From positions 1 to 64,000 of the forward strand of contig JBNKCR010000025.1 in NCBI GenBank assembly GCA_050287845.1: DNA of 64,000 bases. The letters run 5' to 3'. This document shows positions 1 through 9,335 of this stretch, one piece after another. This DNA is from Polyangia bacterium (GTDB lineage Bacteria; Myxococcota_A; Polyangia; JAAYKL01). The notes beneath the pieces are model-generated. The model had not been told where the DNA came from, did no database searches, and saw only the letters and a list, made by a program, of their open reading frames with translations. How positions within the stretch are numbered: position 1 is the first letter of the stretch; every line of letters begins with the position of its first letter. The position numbers and the translations under genes are program-made.

Positions 1-665
1 GCAAGGGCATCCGGTGTAAAGATGGGTTCCGGAGCGCCCGCCAGTTTCATGTGCTTTTCGACGTATTCCACCGTTTCATCCGGAGCGAGAGGGGGCATGG
101 TGTGACGCAGGGCAATCCGTTGAGAAAATGCCTCCATTACAGATAAATCCATGCAGCTCCGCAGTTCAATCTGTCCCGAGAGAATCAGAATGAAAGGGTC
201 GAAGGAATCCATTCTGAAATTGGTCAGCAGACGCAATTCCTGCAGGGATGATGTTTTCAGCAGATGCGCTTCATCAATGATAATCACCATTGTTTTACCC
301 CGCTGCTCTTTGCAGTCGAGGATTTCCCGCTGAATCTGCTGATACACTGCCGCCTTGGATGCGCGCCGCTCCAGTCCCATTCTTTCGTTGAGATGACGCA
401 GTAAGTCAGCGCCCTTCAGAGTGGAGAGCGGCGTATACAGCGGTTTGAAAATGTTTTCGTTCAGCCCGTGCACAAATCGTCTCAGCGCGATTGTCTTGCC
501 CACTCCCGGGTCGCCGGTGAGCAGCATGATGCCACCGCGATGTTTGATGAAAGCCAGTCTTGACGCACATTCTTTGGCCGGGCCGGTGTCCAGCACCTTT
601 TCCGATTTAATGCTTTTATCAAATGGCATGCGCTTCAGGCCATGGTATGTCATCATCTCCCGCAT
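1..665 (-). CDS. ExeA/TniB-like AAA+ ATPase (transposition helper), runs off the window edge
   Basis: Manual translation, not in the ORF track: MREMMTYHGLKRMPF..., Walker A GDPGVGKT, Walker B IIIDEAH, LRLLTNFRMDS...LILSGQ. Its ATG overlaps the transposase stop (TAATG at 663-667). Confidence 0.9.
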   Translation of the reverse strand, partial: MREMMTYHGLKRMPFDKSIKSEKVLDTGPAKECASRLAFIKHRGGIMLLTGDPGVGKTIALRRFVHGLNENIFKPLYTPLSTLKGADLLRHLNERMGLERRASKAAVYQQIQREILDCKEQRGKTMVIIIDEAHLLKTSSLQELRLLTNFRMDSFDPFILILSGQIELRSCMDLSVMEAFSQRIALRHTMPPLAPDETVEYVEKHMKLAGAPEPIFTPDAL

Positions 666-1921
666 TAAAACAGATCACTTTCTGCAAACCGCACATCGGA
701 TTTTGGCTTTTCAGGGCGAAACACCCGTCCGTTTTCCATGGCGTCCAGACGTTTCAGCCGGGCGACCCTGGCACCGTTGTCGTACAGGGACAGCTCCTCC
801 GGCGCATCCACAGGATGACGGATTTCCACTTTCTGTCTGATGTACGCCGCCGGGACTTCGTAAATTTTCCCCTTAAAAGAAATGGTTGCGTCGTTGTTGA
901 CGATGCGCTCATGAGATGTCAGAAACGCTTCATCCAGCTCCGCTTTTGTCACCCGCCGGATGTCCGCATGATTCAGCGATTCCCGATACCGATCCATGGG
1001 CGTGCACCCGATGCCGCGATGTTCCTTATTGTGATAATCCTCTTTCAGCCAAAGACTGAAAGCCTCGTTCAGTTCATCCAGGGTTACCTTCTCTCCCACG
1101 CCGCTCAGGAATCGGTCACGCACCGTTCTGAAAAAGCGTTCGATTTTCCCGCGCGATGGCGAGTCGTATGGTTTTGAGTGGCACAGCGATATGCCACTGC
1201 GGGCGCACGCCAGATTCAGCAGCTCCGATGAAAACGCAGCGCCGTTGTCCACATACAGACGCCTCGGTAATCCGTGGGTTTCAAACGCCTCCTTCAGCAC
1301 CACCGTCAGCGCCGACACCGTTTCCTTTGTACTGAAGGCACTGCCCACTATCACCCGCGAATGATCATCAATGATTGCACACAGAATACTTTTCGCATTC
1401 TTCCCGTAGCTCAGTTCCACAGCTGGACCATGCATGAAATCACATGTCCACATCTCGTTGACCGCCGCCATTTCAAAACGTTTCCTCGCATCGCTGCGGC
1501 CCTCCGCCGGCAGCAGATTCTCCTGACGCACGATGCGCAGAAGCGTATTGTAACAAATCGGCTTCTCGCCCAGCTGATTCTGATTCAGCAGTTCCTCATA
1601 CAGTTTCTGCACCGACCAGTGCGGAAACGCACGGCACTTTCCCGCTATCGCCGCCATCTCCTTTTCGCCGATTCGCCGCGGCCTGCCGCCGTCGGCACGC
1701 TTCCTCGGCAGCAGACCGTCAAATCCCTTCTCCCGATACGCTTTCAGCCACAGCTTCATTGTCGACACCGCCACCTTTCTGGGTTTGCTGCCGGCAAACA
1801 CATGCTCCTTTTCGGCTATCTGTCTGAAGTACTCATTGCGGTTGCGTCCTGTTTCCATCAGCACCGGGCTGATGATTTTGTATCGCTGAAGCGCTGTCTG
1901 TTTTCTGATTTCGTCATTCAT
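665..1921 (-). CDS. DDE transposase/integrase (rve core, Mu-transposase-like C-terminus)
   Basis: N-terminal HTH region; WTCDFMHG, IIDDHSR, LYVDNGAAF and GKIERFFRT motifs. Confidence 0.93.
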   Translation of the reverse strand: MNDEIRKQTALQRYKIISPVLMETGRNRNEYFRQIAEKEHVFAGSKPRKVAVSTMKLWLKAYREKGFDGLLPRKRADGGRPRRIGEKEMAAIAGKCRAFPHWSVQKLYEELLNQNQLGEKPICYNTLLRIVRQENLLPAEGRSDARKRFEMAAVNEMWTCDFMHGPAVELSYGKNAKSILCAIIDDHSRVIVGSAFSTKETVSALTVVLKEAFETHGLPRRLYVDNGAAFSSELLNLACARSGISLCHSKPYDSPSRGKIERFFRTVRDRFLSGVGEKVTLDELNEAFSLWLKEDYHNKEHRGIGCTPMDRYRESLNHADIRRVTKAELDEAFLTSHERIVNNDATISFKGKIYEVPAAYIRQKVEIRHPVDAPEELSLYDNGARVARLKRLDAMENGRVFRPEKPKSDVRFAESDLF

Positions 1922-2152
1922 CCTGATTTCCTCCTGTTAAAAGTTCTGAGTCGTTGCGACACATTCATCGTGTCGACCACAGGAGGCTATAACCCGTAAT
2001 ATCAAAGGGATAACACCGCTCTGATCACTTCTGACCAAAACCGTCTCGCCATTACTCACATCCAAACCTGGTCAGACAATCTCTGTTATTCCCTGCACTT
2101 TTTGGGGCGGCCGCTTTGATGATTCCTGCCGAAATCCTGCCGCAAATCTGTT

Positions 2153-2827
2153 TCAGTGCGCATTTCGACGACTTTGGGAAGGACACCCAAACATAAACCG
2201 TCCCGTAATCTGACTGTAAAGATGCAACGTCGTCACTACAGCCGATACCCGCACCGGTGGACCACGGGAAAATGCCGTCACGTAACCGTGGACCGTCTCA
2301 AGATGACCCGCAATGCCTTCCGCCCACGAAACCGATGAAAAATCATAGCGCGCGCACAGCTCACCATGGGCGGCAAGAAGGCCGTATCGTATCACCAGTA
2401 GCCACTTGCGAAGCTGCCAGGGCGTCACATCCGTCTCCCCTGACAAGGTCTGCACCACATGGTAGGCCGACACAGGCTCACTCCGTTCCCGGCTGTACTC
2501 AAACCATACCAGCAATGCCCTGATAATTGTTTCCACCGTATAACGCTGATATGGAATCAGCTGATTCGGCAGCATCGAAAACGTTCGGCCGGTATGCGCG
2601 CCACGACATTGAAATCGCGATATCGGCACCTCTCCTTTTTTCTCAGGCCACACTTCCTCCACAAAACGATAGTACTCCGTCAGCTCCCGATATCCGCAAC
2701 TGTCTCTGCAAATCGGACAATATGGTCCTATCACCGATTTCCAATCGATCTTTTCTGAAAAAAACGCTTCTTCGTACTCCCAAATGGAGCGGAAGCTGTT
2801 AGTGTAGACAAGCTGGATAGACGACAT
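2153..2827 (-). CDS. DUF6431-like zinc-ribbon transposon accessory protein
   Basis: CPxC...RFxC...TFSMLPNQLIPYQRYTVETI pattern; upstream of the DDE gene on the same strand. Confidence 0.7.
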   Translation of the reverse strand: MSSIQLVYTNSFRSIWEYEEAFFSEKIDWKSVIGPYCPICRDSCGYRELTEYYRFVEEVWPEKKGEVPISRFQCRGAHTGRTFSMLPNQLIPYQRYTVETIIRALLVWFEYSRERSEPVSAYHVVQTLSGETDVTPWQLRKWLLVIRYGLLAAHGELCARYDFSSVSWAEGIAGHLETVHGYVTAFSRGPPVRVSAVVTTLHLYSQITGRFMFGCPSQSRRNAH

Positions 2828-3003
2828 CCAGCATCCGGGAGTAACGGTGTTGCAGCACCGTCTCCCACTTTTTAAATTTTACCACCGGTCAGCTTACCGT
2901 TGTACCAATCCCTACAACGCTCCTCTGACCGGTCTTATATATCCAGTCAGAATATTTCTCCAATTTTCCGCCTAAACGCGCATCCGCAACGTGGGGATTA
3001 ACA

Positions 3004-3423
3004 TCTGCAAAGCAGATCGCGCAGACCTACGCGGCGCGCTGGGAGGTCGAGCTGCTGTTCAAAGAGTTGAAAAATAACTATCGGATGGACAATCTGCCCA
3101 GCAGGAAAAAGCATGTCGTCGAAGCCCTGGTGTACGCAGCGATTCTCACTTTGATTGTAAGTAGAAAAATTTTGCAGCAATTGAGAATACAGAGAAGCAT
3201 CCCGCCGAAACGATTGCCCAGGCTGCGGTGGGCGACGCTTCTTGAGTCGGTTGCCACGTTACTATTGCTGGTGATGATACGTCCGCCTTCTCAGACCGAC
3301 CAATTGGCGTCACTGATAACGAGCATGCTGATTCACGAAGCGCCAGACCCCAACAAATCTCGAACAGGATTGCTGAACCGGGTAGAAAACGGAACCCATG
3401 AATATGAGCGGAGACTCCGATGA
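3004..3423 (+). pseudogene. IS4-family transposase, C-terminal remnant
   Basis: Frame from 3004 reads SAKQIAQTYAARWEVELLFKELK, the IS4 Y(2)R(3)E(6)K signature; the N-terminal part is missing. Confidence 0.85.
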
Positions 3424-3451
3424 TTACAGGAGGAAACCGACTTCAGGCATT

Positions 3452-3470
3452 GCTTAACCGATCACGCATG
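3452..3470 (-). mobile_element. Putative right terminal inverted repeat of the IS4 remnant
   Basis: Reverse complement CATGCGTGATCGGTTAAGC resembles IS231/ISH8-type ends (CAT...TTAAG); about 30 bp after the transposase stop. Confidence 0.6.
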
Positions 3471-3474
3471 TTAG

Positions 3475-4800
3475 CTAGTTCAACACTCCCATTGCCGCCA
3501 TCCACGATGCAACACGTATGTCGTACCAGTTGTCAATTGCCTCAAGCCATTGACCTGCCATGAATTCTGCACCTGCCTGATTTGGGTGAGTCCAGCTTCC
3601 ATTCTGATCGAGCAGCATCGTATCAGTATCAAAATTACTGTAATGATCGACTACTATCACAGGGGATTCATGCGTGTTCAGTTCAACTGCAACATTGGCG
3701 ATTCTGTCGTTGAAATCTGCAATTCCATTGCTAATTGGAGCAGGGTCTCCATCGACGGTCACTCTGCCATTTGGAATTATTTTAGCGACAAAAATCACTA
3801 CTTTCGGATTATGGTCTCGCAAAATGTCAACAACCTCTTTATAATCATTTATCAAATCGGACAGCTGGTGACCGTGCAAAGGATACCCCCCGAGATCATT
3901 GGTCCCGAGGTGGATGAGCGCAATATCAAATTCATAACCTTGATTCGCCCCTCTTCCTTCTATGAAATCAACCAGATTTCTACCTTCTTCCGCACCACAA
4001 CTCTCAAGTACATTTTTTCGACAGTGGTAATCACTATCTGCCCTTTTTCCATTTATGCCCCATGCAAATTCGCATGTCGTCCGACCCGCTCTGCTCTCAT
4101 GCGAAATTTCCGTAAAGGTACCATCAACAATCGGAGGCGAATCAACTAACTGATAGCATTCTTCAGAGGTCCCACCATTGGTTCCTCTACGTGAGCCAAC
4201 AAATGTGAAATTTATATTCTGGCTCTTCAGTAATGCTTCCAAATAACGTCTATAGCAATACGTCGGATTCATCTCAGTAATTGAATCTCCAATGGGCAGA
4301 ATCTTCAGTACATTTGCAGGCGGCGCATGATCTGGGACACGGTAATTTCCTGACTTCGTCAGTAGCCTATTGTACTCACTTGTTTCGCTGATACCGTGAA
4401 TGTAAATACTTTTTGTTGCATATGAACTGATTTCATCTTCCGATAATGGGATTCTGAATCTGTAGTTTCCGAAATTGGTTCCACATTGATTCGCAACGGC
4501 CGCTGAAGACGGAAAATTCGCCGCTACTGACCGAATAAACGTCCCAGTTCGGGCAGGCCCCCCCACATACAGATGGACATCTACCGAGTACGCTTTCCCC
4601 TCCTGGCAAGCCCAGCCGACAATACTGTAGCTGCCATTATCCAGGCGTATTCCATCCACATATCCTTTGATGGGATAATCCTCTGCAGATGCGAGGGCAG
4701 GCACAAGCAAGCTTACATAAACAAGCAGTAGCGCTCGTTGAGATATTACTTTCATTTTCACTTTTTGTCTCCTGAAGTCCGTCGTATGACCGTCACTCAA
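3475..4800 (-). CDS. Secreted SGNH/GDSL esterase with N-terminal beta-sandwich domain (start probably near MKVISQR)
   Basis: Signal peptide; ILPIGDSIT, HLGTND and THPNQAG blocks. Confidence 0.85.
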   Translation of the reverse strand: MSDGHTTDFRRQKVKMKVISQRALLLVYVSLLVPALASAEDYPIKGYVDGIRLDNGSYSIVGWACQEGKAYSVDVHLYVGGPARTGTFIRSVAANFPSSAAVANQCGTNFGNYRFRIPLSEDEISSYATKSIYIHGISETSEYNRLLTKSGNYRVPDHAPPANVLKILPIGDSITEMNPTYCYRRYLEALLKSQNINFTFVGSRRGTNGGTSEECYQLVDSPPIVDGTFTEISHESRAGRTTCEFAWGINGKRADSDYHCRKNVLESCGAEEGRNLVDFIEGRGANQGYEFDIALIHLGTNDLGGYPLHGHQLSDLINDYKEVVDILRDHNPKVVIFVAKIIPNGRVTVDGDPAPISNGIADFNDRIANVAVELNTHESPVIVVDHYSNFDTDTMLLDQNGSWTHPNQAGAEFMAGQWLEAIDNWYDIRVASWMAAMGVLN

Positions 4801-4835
4801 CTGTTACTAAAACTAGACAGGGGCAACCTGTAACA

Positions 4836-7256
4836 TCAATGCAACACCGAAAGCGCAGCTGTTATTGATGCGAAACTGTACAGCTGATTCACCTGAACAT
4901 TATCTACAAAGGCTGTGGTGTCTTTATTGGTATCTGACTCAGTTCCAGCCAATTTGATACCGTGGAAGCCATCCGTGACGGAAAAGTTACCTGATGTAAA
5001 ACCATCAGGATCGTAAATGCTAGAATTGGGATCACTGAATTCAAGCTGCCCCACTAAAACACCATCTATAAGTACGCTCAGCTGCTGTGTTGTGTCATAA
5101 TTCTGGCGCAGCGCAGCTAAAAGAGAAACATTGTACATACCCGGTTCGAAATATACAGCTTGAGCCGCAAAACCAGTTCCTTGCAAGAACAAGACCTGGT
5201 CTCCATCAGGGGCATCATCGTTTTTGTTTGTGAAAGCGGTGCGATTTTTACTATACCCGGAAGTGGTACCCGGAGGTCCAAAATACCAGGGCGTTCCACC
5301 CGGGCGATATTGGTATCCATCATTGTTCGGATCATTGAATTCCGCTTCAAAACTACCATCCAATACATATGGATAGCCAATGTACGCCACATTTTTTTGA
5401 TCGATAGGATCTGCCCACAAGACGTTTGCGTTGTAGTTCGCGCTGCCTTTGTAGATTTTATTCCCACGTCCAATAAAAATATTCTCTGCGTTCTCTATCT
5501 CGATTGCGGTTTTTACAACGATGTCTGTTGCCACATCCAAATTATCCCGCGTCACAATTGTGTTGTCATATAATCTGATGTCCTTCACAAGTCTCGTGTT
5601 TGCCGGACCGCTGGAAGAATGTATTTTGATGGGAGACAATCGGGTATTCCGAATGTCGTTATTGCGAATATCGACGTTTCTTGGAAATGGTCCTTCTTTA
5701 TGTGTACTGTACTCATTTTCCAGTACAATTCCATTTCCTCGAACATCCCGAATCGTATTTCCACTGATTGTTCCGCCTTCTCCCTTCGCGTATATGGCAT
5801 GACGGCGCTGTGCCTGAAAAACGTTGTTTCGAACTATGTACCCGGTGTTGCTGGCATTCATATTGTAAAAATGTGTCGCATCTGCCGGTGTCAGTACCAT
5901 CTCTTCTGCGTCATAACTTACCAAAGGTTTTACTTCAGGAATCTTTTTATTGAATGTAACCGTTTTGCCATCTACTGCGGTTACCCGGAACAATCCATTA
6001 TCAGTGTCACTGACATCGGTACCGTCGCTGTATTTCCCCGTGTCAGGATAAAAAACCTTAAATACGTCACCTATTTTTATTGGCGGATATGCCCCCCCAA
6101 CAATATCCAACTCAAATTTGTTCTCGTAAATTTTACTGGTTGCAAATAAAGTCATCTGGGTCAAATTGATGCTGTCGTCCAGCATGCGTTCAAAATAGCA
6201 ATTCTCGATAATCGGTCCAACCCGATTATTCTCACAGTGTACACCATCTCTCCAATTGGACACCACGCGATCGGTGCCGGGCTTGGGTTTCACCTGGAAT
6301 CCACGAATTGTGATTGGGCCAGTATTATTCACTACCCATGAACTCATCGCGCTTCGCCCACTGTAAAGTATGACATTTTCGAGCAGGCAATCACTGCTAT
6401 GCTTTATGGAAATGTTATGGGCAGAATCTATGAAAAAAAGTGGCTGAAAATAAATGTCTCCATTTTTTACCTTGATTAATTGTCTCTTGTAATCGTCATT
6501 TACCCGAATCCAATAGGTGCTTCCATCGTCATCACTGGTATATGATTTCGCATGCATCGGGAAAAATTGGGCTGCCATATTCCAACGAATAACTTCCTTT
6601 TTTTGATCGATAAATGCGCCCCAGGTTAACCTGGCATCGCCGGGAATCTTGGGATAACCCGACATTCTTTTGATTAAAAATTTGCCTGAACCTACATCTT
6701 TATCGATAACTTTTCCCTGTGTATATCCAAGGGGGGCCTGATCGATAACAAGATTTTTCACTGTACACTCATTGCAGTTATTCATCTCAATGGACGCCAT
6801 GTGTGGGTCGTTCAGCAACATCGCACCTTTCCCATCAACAGTGACATTATCCATCCCATTGAGATTTATCTGATACCTATTAGAATCCCGAGAACTGTCA
6901 TATTTGAATTGAAAGGTTCGGCCAGCACACGAAGTGCCGCGACAGAAATCGAGTCTACCGACATTCAGATCGGTATCGTTCAGGGCGGCCATAGCTCTTT
7001 TCATTGCAGGGGTATAGTCAGAGTCAGGATCTGTGTCTGCAACACAAGACTCCAAGTATACAGTATTTCCCTCTATGCAGCCTTCTGGGTAAGTCGTGTT
7101 CGTGAGAGCCTTCGCAGGCATGGATCCCGCTACAAGGTCTTCAGAAAAATCGGTGTATTCCTCGCAAGCAATTGCAAGCAGCAGGAAGCTGCCTATCACG
7201 GACAGACAACAACAGCGATGCAAACGGCGTAGTTGATACATATCAATCCCTTTCAA
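4836..7256 (-). CDS. Right-handed beta-helix lipoprotein, GH110 (alpha-galactosidase)-like, with C-terminal galactose-binding-like domain
   Basis: Lipobox LAIAC; DGVHC...IIENCYFERMLDDSIN resembles the GH110 catalytic region; repeated ISGNTI/IRNNDI beta-helix coils. Confidence 0.7.
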   Translation of the reverse strand: MKGIDMYQLRRLHRCCCLSVIGSFLLLAIACEEYTDFSEDLVAGSMPAKALTNTTYPEGCIEGNTVYLESCVADTDPDSDYTPAMKRAMAALNDTDLNVGRLDFCRGTSCAGRTFQFKYDSSRDSNRYQINLNGMDNVTVDGKGAMLLNDPHMASIEMNNCNECTVKNLVIDQAPLGYTQGKVIDKDVGSGKFLIKRMSGYPKIPGDARLTWGAFIDQKKEVIRWNMAAQFFPMHAKSYTSDDDGSTYWIRVNDDYKRQLIKVKNGDIYFQPLFFIDSAHNISIKHSSDCLLENVILYSGRSAMSSWVVNNTGPITIRGFQVKPKPGTDRVVSNWRDGVHCENNRVGPIIENCYFERMLDDSINLTQMTLFATSKIYENKFELDIVGGAYPPIKIGDVFKVFYPDTGKYSDGTDVSDTDNGLFRVTAVDGKTVTFNKKIPEVKPLVSYDAEEMVLTPADATHFYNMNASNTGYIVRNNVFQAQRRHAIYAKGEGGTISGNTIRDVRGNGIVLENEYSTHKEGPFPRNVDIRNNDIRNTRLSPIKIHSSSGPANTRLVKDIRLYDNTIVTRDNLDVATDIVVKTAIEIENAENIFIGRGNKIYKGSANYNANVLWADPIDQKNVAYIGYPYVLDGSFEAEFNDPNNDGYQYRPGGTPWYFGPPGTTSGYSKNRTAFTNKNDDAPDGDQVLFLQGTGFAAQAVYFEPGMYNVSLLAALRQNYDTTQQLSVLIDGVLVGQLEFSDPNSSIYDPDGFTSGNFSVTDGFHGIKLAGTESDTNKDTTAFVDNVQVNQLYSFASITAALSVLH

Positions 7257-7485
7257 AACGCAGAGTTCAAGTCACTCGTGTACAGATTTTAACCCAAGAA
7301 GTTATTTATCCCTTAGTTGCTCGCCTAGTCGCTCGCCATTCAAAACATTTCCAAGCAATGGAATCACATTGAAACCAATCCGTTGGGCAGAAATCGATTA
7401 TTCCATCGACGATTCGCCGTTCAGGTTCACTTCCAACGCGAACACCTAAGATTTCGCAGGCAATGTTCAGTAAACGAATAAACAA

Positions 7486-7803
7486 TTACCAAGCAACCAA
7501 CTTCACCCCATAGAAGCCAATTGAAGACGATGAATCAGCTTTAATTTTAACTCTTTTCCCAGACAGCAAAGCCGCTGTGAACAATGATTCCATTTGAGAT
7601 AATCGATTTTCAGACGTGAGGTCTCCCGGTGTAGTGAAGTAGTTCCAGTATTTACCACTTAACTTTACAGAAAGTTGCGTATAGTCCCCCTTATCTATGA
7701 CGTCCACCGCTTCCATATTCAATTCATCTGACTCCCAAGCAAAAGCTGGCATAGCCAACGCAATAAAAGTAGACAACAACACCCATGAAATAATTCGTCT
7801 CAT
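7486..7803 (-). CDS. Small secreted hypothetical protein
   Basis: SD AAGGAG before ATG 7803; signal peptide ending AFA. Confidence 0.7.
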   Translation of the reverse strand: MRRIISWVLLSTFIALAMPAFAWESDELNMEAVDVIDKGDYTQLSVKLSGKYWNYFTTPGDLTSENRLSQMESLFTAALLSGKRVKIKADSSSSIGFYGVKLVAW

Positions 7804-7957
7804 TTCAGCTCCTTGGTTATGTTTTACACTGTACAGATAAAAACCCGCTTTTCTGCGGAAACAACTCACAAATATCTTCTGTTTTTCTTCTGAAATTCAA
7901 AGTTATATAATCGGGCTATCAGTGCAACGTCATATTTGTGACGCCACGATGGGACGC

Positions 7958-8629
7958 CTACAAACGCATGCGGCCATAACCGGAACAAATGGTGAGCAAT
8001 TGAACCAGGCCCGCTCGATTTTTCAGTCCCAAAGTTTTTTCAATTCTTGAGAAACGTTTTACCAACGCATTTTCGCTGACATTCATAATATCTGCTAATA
8101 CATATAAGTCTGGGAAACCGTTGTTCGCATATTGCTCAAGTAAATCCAGCTGTGAATCGCAGAGCCCCCGAGTTCGTAAAATACTTTGCGCAGAAAAATT
8201 ATTGGCTTTTGAATAGTCAACCCATGATTTTGTAAGGATGTGTTTCATCTGAACAAGAGGACCTGGATTCATCGCTCCTTTCCAGATATAGTCGTTCGCA
8301 CCTGCCAATAATGCCTCGAGAAGTATATCCGTGCTATTGTCCCCAGTGAGCATGCAAATGATGGCTTTTTTCCGTCGAGTTCGAATACTGTGAACCAACG
8401 ATACTCCTTTGGGATGACCGGGCCCCAGCTCATTGTCGATGAACATGTGAGTAAAGTCATGTTCGTACAGACTCAACTCCGCTTCCTGAATCGTGGGGAC
8501 TGAAATGACACAACTATCTGAATCCGACAGCTTCTGCTTCACCAATTTTCGAATCAGTGGATCATCGTCCACCAATAAAATGCTTTTGAAGGATGAATTG
8601 GGTGTGTAAATGCACATGAGTAACCTCAA
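7958..8629 (-). CDS. Response regulator with C-terminal LuxR-like HTH
   Basis: ILLVDDD, FID, MLTG, GANDYIWK receiver motifs; C-terminus ...KTLGLKNRAGLV. Confidence 0.8.
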   Translation of the reverse strand: MRLLMCIYTPNSSFKSILLVDDDPLIRKLVKQKLSDSDSCVISVPTIQEAELSLYEHDFTHMFIDNELGPGHPKGVSLVHSIRTRRKKAIICMLTGDNSTDILLEALLAGANDYIWKGAMNPGPLVQMKHILTKSWVDYSKANNFSAQSILRTRGLCDSQLDLLEQYANNGFPDLYVLADIMNVSENALVKRFSRIEKTLGLKNRAGLVQLLTICSGYGRMRL

Positions 8630-9215
8630 CCAATAAAAGTAGGTTTGAAAACAGCTTTATATTGAATAACGATATACTATTTGCTGCCTTGAAAGTTGTC
8701 AAGTTTATTTCCAACAACCCGCGGTATTTTAAAACAAAGTTTTCAGGCGGTAACCCAAGTGCAGTAAAAGAAATTTTCAAGGCGTAACCACGATAGTTTT
8801 TATATCAACTTCGTTATAGTCTGGGCGTATTGTCGAAACGGGCTTGGAGCGAAGCCTCGAACAGGGCGCCTTGTAGGAGAAATTTCAGCTGGCGGGTGCC
8901 ATGAAATATTCCAGTAATCCGCCGAAAAAGATTCATCCATATATCCGACTGTCAATCACATTTATTACAGACCTTGATTGCGGCCAGAAGTCCGCACGGG
9001 CAAGCTACCGTGCCTTTACCCATTCCGATTGGCCGGTCCCACGGATTTTCTCATTGCGTTTGTATATTTACCATTTCAATGGACTCCACGGCCTGGCTAC
9101 GGAAAAAAAACTTTGTAGACAGGGGGGGCCGGGGTGGGATATATTGAGGTGTCTCTGGCTGCGCGAATCTGCAGCAGCATTTACTGAAATAGTTTCAGAT
9201 GTGGGGGAAGATTAA

Positions 9216-9237
9216 AAAGTCCACCCGGGTGGACTTT
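9216..9237. repeat. Perfect 22-bp palindrome upstream of ligA
   Basis: AAAGTCCACCCGGGTGGACTTT equals its own reverse complement. Confidence 0.85.
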
Positions 9238-9335
9238 CTGGACTGAGGTATTCAAATGTAGTAAAATTGAACACCTGTGGGCGGAACCATTTCATCCGCG
9301 TTGACGGCGAAGCGGCTATCAGATATTCATGCGTT

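Larger units (their letters stand above)
1..3003 (-). mobile_element. Mu/IS21-like transposon (DUF6431-like gene + DDE transposase + ExeA-type AAA ATPase); far end lies outside the window
   Basis: Three co-oriented genes. The putative terminus 5'-TGTTAATCCCCACG (minus strand from 3003) has the TG start typical of DDE elements and abuts a truncated IS4 transposase. Confidence 0.7.

Noticed and set aside
2941..3003. IS4 transposase frame continuing upstream (EYFSNFPP resembling YxTNLP)
   Set aside because: Spacing to the SA..IA..Y motif is too long and the segment ends in a TG...CA-type transposon terminus; likely coincidence.
8810..9260. Possible ncRNA or 104-aa CDS upstream of ligA
   Set aside because: No tRNA, tmRNA, SRP, RNase P or riboswitch signature recognised, and the ORF has no motifs; an Rfam scan would be needed.
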